Positions 58,845 to 64,000 of a stretch of DNA of 64,000 nt are shown one piece after another. This stretch comes from Centroscyllium fabricii (Eukaryota): assembly GCA_051313645.2 (NCBI GenBank), contig JBNRSN020000118.1:1302001-1366000 (forward strand), read 5' to 3'. The notes beneath the pieces are model-generated. The model had not been told where the DNA came from. It made no database searches and saw only the letters and a program-made list of their open reading frames with translations. Numbering within the stretch: position 1 is the stretch's first letter; each line of letters opens with the position of its first letter. Both the position numbers and the translations under genes were made by a program.

Positions 58845-61740
58845 CCATGATGGGGATTAAAGTCAACGGCCATGTCACGAACTGGCTGTTCGACACCGGA
58901 AGCACATAGAGATTTATTCACCCTGATACAGCGCTGCACTACGGACTGTAGATCCTGCCCACGCGCTACCAGGTCTCCCTTGCTTCACAGTCCCACACCA
59001 CGGACGTCACCAGCTACTGCTCCATCACGCTCACAATTAAGGGCAGCGTGTACCGTAATTTTAAATTGTACATTCTGAAACAGTTGTGCTCCCCAGTCTT
59101 ACTCGGACTGGATTTCCAGTGCCACCTTAAGAGCTTGACAATGGAGTTCGGCGGGACCCTGCACCCCCTCACAGTCAGTAGCCGGGACAATCCCTTCCCA
59201 AAGCGGAGCCCGGCCTGCGGCCTCTCTACCCTGAAAGTCGACCCCCCTTCACTGTTTGCCAACCTCGACCCCAACTGCAAGCCCATTGCTACCAAGAGTC
59301 GGCGTTACAATGCAGGGGACTGGGCATTTATCAGGACGGAGGTCGGGCGTATGCTGAAGGAGGGGATAATTGAAGCCAGCACCAGCACCTGGCGGGCCCA
59401 GGTTGTAGTGTTGAAGACTGGCGAGAAACACAGGATGGTTATCGACTATAGCCAGACCATTAACCGCTACACCGGGCTCGATGCCTACCCCCTCCCCCGC
59501 ATCTCGGAAATGGTTAACCAGATCGCCCAATACAAGGTGTTCTCCACAATCGACCTTAAGTCGGCGTATCACCAACTCCCGATCCGGAAAGCTGACCGCC
59601 CGTACACCACCTTCGAGGCGAACGGTCGGCTGTACCACTTCGTCCGGGTCCCCTTCGGCGTGACCAATGGAGTGTCAGTGTTCCAAAGGGAGATGGACCG
59701 CATGGTTGACCAGAACGGGTTGCAGGCCACCTTCCCCTACCTGGACAACGTGACCATCTGCGGCCATGACTAGCAGGACCACGATGCCAATCCGGCCAAA
59801 TTTCTCGACACGGCGAAACGGCTAGATCTCACATACAACAAAGACAAGTGCATCTTTAGTACAGATTGGCTCGCCATCCTCGGATACATGGTGGAAAACA
59901 GTGTCCTCGGCCCCGACCCACAGCGTATGCGCCCCTTTACAGGAACTGCCGCTTCCTCACAACCCCAAAGCCCTGAAGAGATGTCTGGGATTTATCGCTT
60001 ATTATGCGCAATGGTTTCCCCAGTTCACAGATAAGGCCAGACCGCTCCTCAAGGCTGCCGTATTCCCCCTCTCGGCAGAAGCCCACACGGCGTTCGCTCG
60101 GATTAAGGAAGATATCATCAAAGTGTCCATGCATGCCGTTAATGAGTCCATCCCTTTCCAGGTGGAGAGTGACGCTTCGGACTTTGCCCTTGCCGCTACC
60201 CTGAATCAGGCAGGCAGGCCCATAGCGTTTTCCTCCCGCACCTTACAGTGACCCGAAATTCACCACTCTGCAGTGGAAAAGGAGGCCCAGGCCATCGTGG
60301 AGGCCGTGCGCTACTGGCATCATTACCTGGCCGGTAATCATTTTACCCAGCTCACCGACCAACGGTCGGTCGCGTTTATGTTTAACAATAAACAAAAGGG
60401 TAAAATCAAGAATGATAAGATCCTGCGGTGGCGGATTGAGCTCTCGACTTACGAGTATGACATTCTTTACCGACCAGGCAAACTCAATGAACCCCCAGAC
60501 GCACCATCCAGGGGAACATGCGCCAGTGCCCAGCTAGACCGGCTGAAGGATCTCCACGATCGCCTCTGCCACCCGGGTGTCACCAGACTTGCCCACTTCA
60601 TTAAATCCTTTAGCCTCCCCTACTCCATCACGGAGATCAAGGCTATGACCCGAGAGTGCCCTGTTTGCACCGAGTGCAGACCCCAATTTTTCAGGCCAGA
60701 CACGGCGCACCTCATTAAGGCCACCCGCCCCTTTGAACGTCTAAGCATGGACTTCAAAGGCCCCCTCCCCACCACCGACCGCAACTCGTACTTCCTCACG
60801 GTCGTAGACGAGTTCTCCCGCTTCCCCTTCGCCTTCCCCTGCCCAGATATGACGAGCGCAACGGTGATCAAACACTTCACCACGCTGTTCGCCATTTTCG
60901 GTCTCCCCAGCTACATCCATAGCGACCGGGGGACGTCGTTCATGAGCGACGAACTGCGCCAGTTTCTGCTCCAGAAAGGGGTTGCCTCGAGCAGAACAAC
61001 CAGTTACAACCCCCGGGGGAACGGCCAGGTAGAAAGGGAGAATGGGATCATCTGGAAGGCGGTCACCCTGGCCCTGAAGTACAGAGCCCTTCCAGTGTCA
61101 CATTGGCAGGCAGTCCTCCCTGATGCGCTGCACCAAATACGCTCTCTGTTATGTACGGCCACCAACGCCACACCTCATGAACTTATTTTTTCATTCCCCA
61201 GGAAGTCGACTTCGGGGACAGCCCTTCCACTGTGGCTCATGACGCCGGGGCCGGTCTTGCTTAGGAAGCACGTCCACGGCCATAAGACCGACCCCCTGGT
61301 AGACAAGGTGCAGCTGCTGCATGCCAACCCGCAGTACGCGTAGGTACAGTTCCCGGATGGGCGCGAGGACACCGTCTCCATCAAGGACCTAGCACCCGCC
61401 GGGAGCACCACAGCAGAGCTTCTGGTCGGGCAGCAGCCCGCCCAGACACTATACTTCGGCCACCTCCATCCGCTACACATCGACCACTGGCCGATACATG
61501 ACCCACAACCCACCGGAGGCTGGCCGCCACTACCGCGTGGTCTGGAGCCCTCGCCATGGCCAGCTGCAGACCACAAATCGGATGGCTCGGACTCACCGCC
61601 ACCACCAGCACCTACAGTACCGACACCAGCGCCGCCTTAACCACCATCGGCCCCAACGTCGCCGGTACTACAGGAACCGGAACATTCGACAGAGACCCGG
61701 CGGTCCTCCAGACAGACATGACTGCTGGACAAACTAATCA
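58845..61740 (+). pseudogene. pol: Gypsy pol (aspartic protease, reverse transcriptase, RNase H, integrase), disrupted
   Basis: Protease LFDTGS (D at 58892); RT IDLKSAYHQ, VPFGVTN, YLDN; RNase H ESDASD, EKEAQA, TDQRS; integrase HDRLCH...CPVC, MDFKGP, SDRG, VERENG. Stops at 58907, 58949, 59771, 60249, 61341 and 61638, plus a +1 frameshift near 59935. Ends are approximate. Confidence 0.95.
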
Positions 61741-61780
61741 TGAACTGTTCTGTCCATTCACCCCGCCGGACTTGATTTTC

Positions 61781-61794
61781 AAAGAAGGGGTGAA
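61781..61794 (+). promoter_or_regulatory. Polypurine tract (plus-strand primer)
   Basis: AAAGAAGGGGTGAA directly abuts the TG of the 3' LTR. Confidence 0.88.
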
Positions 61795-62094
61795 TGTGGT
61801 AACCGTTGTATATACAGTAATTACCACCATAATATTGTGTACAATATTATCTGTATGTGTAGCGGTCGGGTGCATGATGCAACTGTCCTGTGTTGCGACA
61901 CTGTCATGGGGCCAGGTCAGCCACACCTCTAACTCCTCCCCTCAGGTGAGTGCCTTATAGGTGGGGACTGACCGGCCCCCATTCATTCTGAACCTGATGT
62001 TCGATCGGAGCGTAGCTCCATTGTAAGCTAATAAAAGCCTCGAGTTAAGGTAACTACTCGTCTTTAGTTTTATTAGATTATTGACGATACGTCA
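61795..62094 (+). repeat. 3' LTR (300 bp)
   Basis: TGTGGTAACC...GATACGTCA followed by TSD GGCCT; about 96% identical to 57204-57503. Confidence 0.97.
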
Positions 62095-62099
62095 GGCCT

Positions 62100-62733
62100 T
62101 CATATCAAGAGGGTTCGAGTATAGGAATAAGGATACCTTACTACAGCTGTACAAGGCACTGGTGAGACTACACCTTGAGTATTGTGTACAGTTTTGGTCG
62201 CCTCATCTGAGGAAGGATGTTCTTGCCATGGAAGGAGTGCAGCGGCGATTCACCAGGATGATACCTGGAATGGCAGGAATGACCTACGAGGAGAGATTGT
62301 GTAGTTTGGGCTTGTACTCGCAGGAGTTTAGAAGATTGAGAGGGGATCTCATCGAAACATATAAAATTCTGACAGGCCTGGACAGGTTAGATTCAGAAAG
62401 AATGTTTCCAATGGCGGGGGAGTCCAGAACCAGGGGCCACAGTCTAAGGATAAGGGGTAAACCATTTAGGACAGATATGAGGAAGAATTTATTCACCCAG
62501 AGAGTGGTGAGCCTATGGAATTCCTTGCCACAGAGGGCAGTGGAGGCCAGTTCATTAAATATATTTAAGAGGGAATTGGATATATTTCTTCGGGCTAAGG
62601 GGATTAGGGGTTACGGAGAACGGGCGGGGATGGGTACTGAACTTGAAAAATCAGCCATGTTCTCATTGAATGGCGGAGCAGGTTTGAAGGGCCGAATGGC
62701 CTACTCCTGCTCCTATCTTCTATGTTTCTATGT
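62100..62733 (+). mobile_element. CR1-clade LINE, 3' piece (ORF2 C-terminus, 3' UTR, (TTCTATGT)2 tail)
   Basis: LYKALVRLHLEYCVQFWSP, VQRRFTRMIPG, YEERL, RRLRGDLIETYKI, TRGHSL and FTQRVVSLWNSLP are hallmark CR1 ORF2 motifs. It ends GGCCGAATGGCCTACTCCTGCTCCTATC-TTCTATGT-TTCTATGT. Confidence 0.96.
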
Positions 62734-63362
62734 TTATGGTGCACACTGTACAGATGTTCATCCTGTTGTGGTGCACATGGTACAGATGTTCATCTTGTTG
62801 TGGTGCACAATGTGCAGATGTTCATGTTTTCGCGCACACTGTACAGATGTTCACCCTGTTGTAGTGCACACTGTACAGATGTTCACCCTGTTATCGTGCA
62901 CACTGTACAGATTTTCATCCTGTTATCGTGCACACTGTACAGATGTTCATCCTGTTGTGGTGCACACTATACAGATGTTCGCCCTGTTGTGCACACTGTA
63001 CAGATGTTCATCATGTTATCATGCACACGGTACAGATGTTCAGCCTGTTATGGTGCACACTGTACAGATTTTCATCCTGTTGTGTTGCACACTGTACAGA
63101 TGTTCATCCTGTTGTGGTGCACACTATACAGATGTTCGCCCTGTTGTGCACACTGTACAGATGTTCATCCTGTTATGGTGCACACTGTACAGATGTTCAT
63201 CCTGTTATGGTGCATACTGTACAGATGTTCATCCTGTTATCATGCACACGGTACAGATGGTTAGCCTGTTATGCACACTGTACAGATGTTCATCCTGTTA
63301 TTATGCACACTGTACAGATGTTCAACCTGTTATTATGCACAATGTACAGATGTTCAGCCTGT
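62734..63362. repeat. Distal diverged remnant of the 32-bp satellite (~20 monomers); right end of the array
   Basis: The satellite resumes as TTATGGTGCACACTGTACAGATG, with marginal-type monomers (CCTGTTAT, 29-bp variants), and ends at ...GATGTTCAGCCTGT. Confidence 0.95.
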
Positions 63363-63465
63363 ATTCCAGGGTTAATTCTTAGTTCCATCTTCAGAAGGAA
63401 GTAAGGACACAGCATCATCATGGGTGCAACTTTAAACGCACACCTTCCAAAATGACAATTAGTTT

Positions 63466-63564
63466 GAATCATAGAATTTTACAGTACAACCATTCTGCCC
63501 ATCTTGCCTGTGCCGGCTTTCTGAAAAAGTTATCCACTCTTTCACACTTCCCTGTTCTTTTCCC
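63466..63564 (-). mobile_element. Degenerate 3' tail of a CR1-type LINE or its partner SINE
   Basis: GAATCATAGAA...TACAGTACA..CCATTCTGCCCATC..GCCTGTGCCGGCT resembles the reverse complement of a CR1-type 3' end (TTCTATGATTC tail). Recognised by eye only. Confidence 0.55.
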
Positions 63565-64000
63565 TTTTTGACACTTTTCTTATTCAAACAGCTGTCTGTG
63601 AACATTTGAAAACTCTTTTATGCAGAACATACTGAGGCAATGCTGCACCCAGCTCTAAGTCTGTGTGTGCCAGTGGGTGGCTGATCTCGGTTACAGACAA
63701 AATAAAAAGGAGCTGTGAATTTATAAAAGTAAAACGTAAAACCAGGACCCAACCAACTGCCTCAAACTTAACCCTCACTGTTCGTAGTCACAGCAAGAAA
63801 CACGGATGTAGCAATGCAATACTCCAGCAAGCATCATGCTATTGTTGAGGCCTGCAAGGCTGAAGGACCACGCTGGACACAGAGAGGTTAGAAGGAGAGT
63901 TTTTATTATACTGCTTGTTACAACTAGGGCCAGGTGGAGAGAAAGAGGCTGAGCCACCTGGCGCTCAGGTATTTAAAGGTCCCGCGGTTGGGGACGTCAC

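Larger units (their letters stand above)
57204..62094 (+). mobile_element. Full-length, decayed Ty3/Gypsy LTR retrotransposon (4891 bp)
   Basis: Two 300-bp direct LTRs with TG...CA ends, 5-bp TSD GGCCT (57199-57203 and 62095-62099), domain order gag-PR-RT-RNaseH-IN, and a polypurine tract before the 3' LTR. Confidence 0.97.

Noticed and set aside
58117-61960. Antisense and alternative-frame ORFs within the Gypsy element (e.g. 58266-58784 -, 59249-59638 -, 61175-61576 -, 61556-61960 + as a possible env)
   Set aside because: These are shadow ORFs of GC-rich gag/pol with no recognisable domains. 61556-61960 is short, overlaps the integrase tail and runs into the LTR, so it is not an env.
62100-62733. 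Stop-free CR1 fragment in the older element versus many stops in the younger Gypsy, suggesting selection
   Set aside because: The fragment is only ~245 codons in total. At a few percent divergence, zero stops is unremarkable.
63290-63957. Short ORFs (60-64 aa) in the right flank
   Set aside because: Minimal length, no motifs, overlapping on both strands, and no supported exon structure.

Overview
Eukaryotic, non-genic window. The CR1-type LINE with a (TTCTATGT)n tail suggests a cartilaginous fish (inference). About 57.1 kb (1-57099, roughly 1,780 monomers) is a head-to-tail 32-bp satellite, consensus GTGGTGCACACTGTACAGATGTTCATC[A/T]TGTT. It is organised into zones of multi-kb tandem duplications (periods about 3262, 3421, 1693, 2267 and 3060-3092 bp) and becomes more diverged towards its right edge. 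At that edge is a three-level nested insertion. A 5'-truncated CR1 LINE (57100-62733, candidate TSD TTATG) sits in the satellite and is itself split by a full-length but decayed Ty3/Gypsy LTR retrotransposon (57204-62094, 300-bp LTRs, TSD GGCCT). About 630 bp of diverged satellite follows, then non-satellite flank. The hundreds of Cys/His-rich ORFs are translations of the stop-free satellite strand, not genes. The most notable signal is that the Gypsy element has no tRNA-type primer-binding site; instead a 16-nt segment is complementary to the poly(A)-signal region of its own LTR, suggesting self-priming and/or poly(A) occlusion. Other points of interest are a 45-bp YY1-motif minisatellite between gag and protease, a YLDN RT motif, a hairpin-loop microinversion between the LTRs, and the layered history of the satellite.
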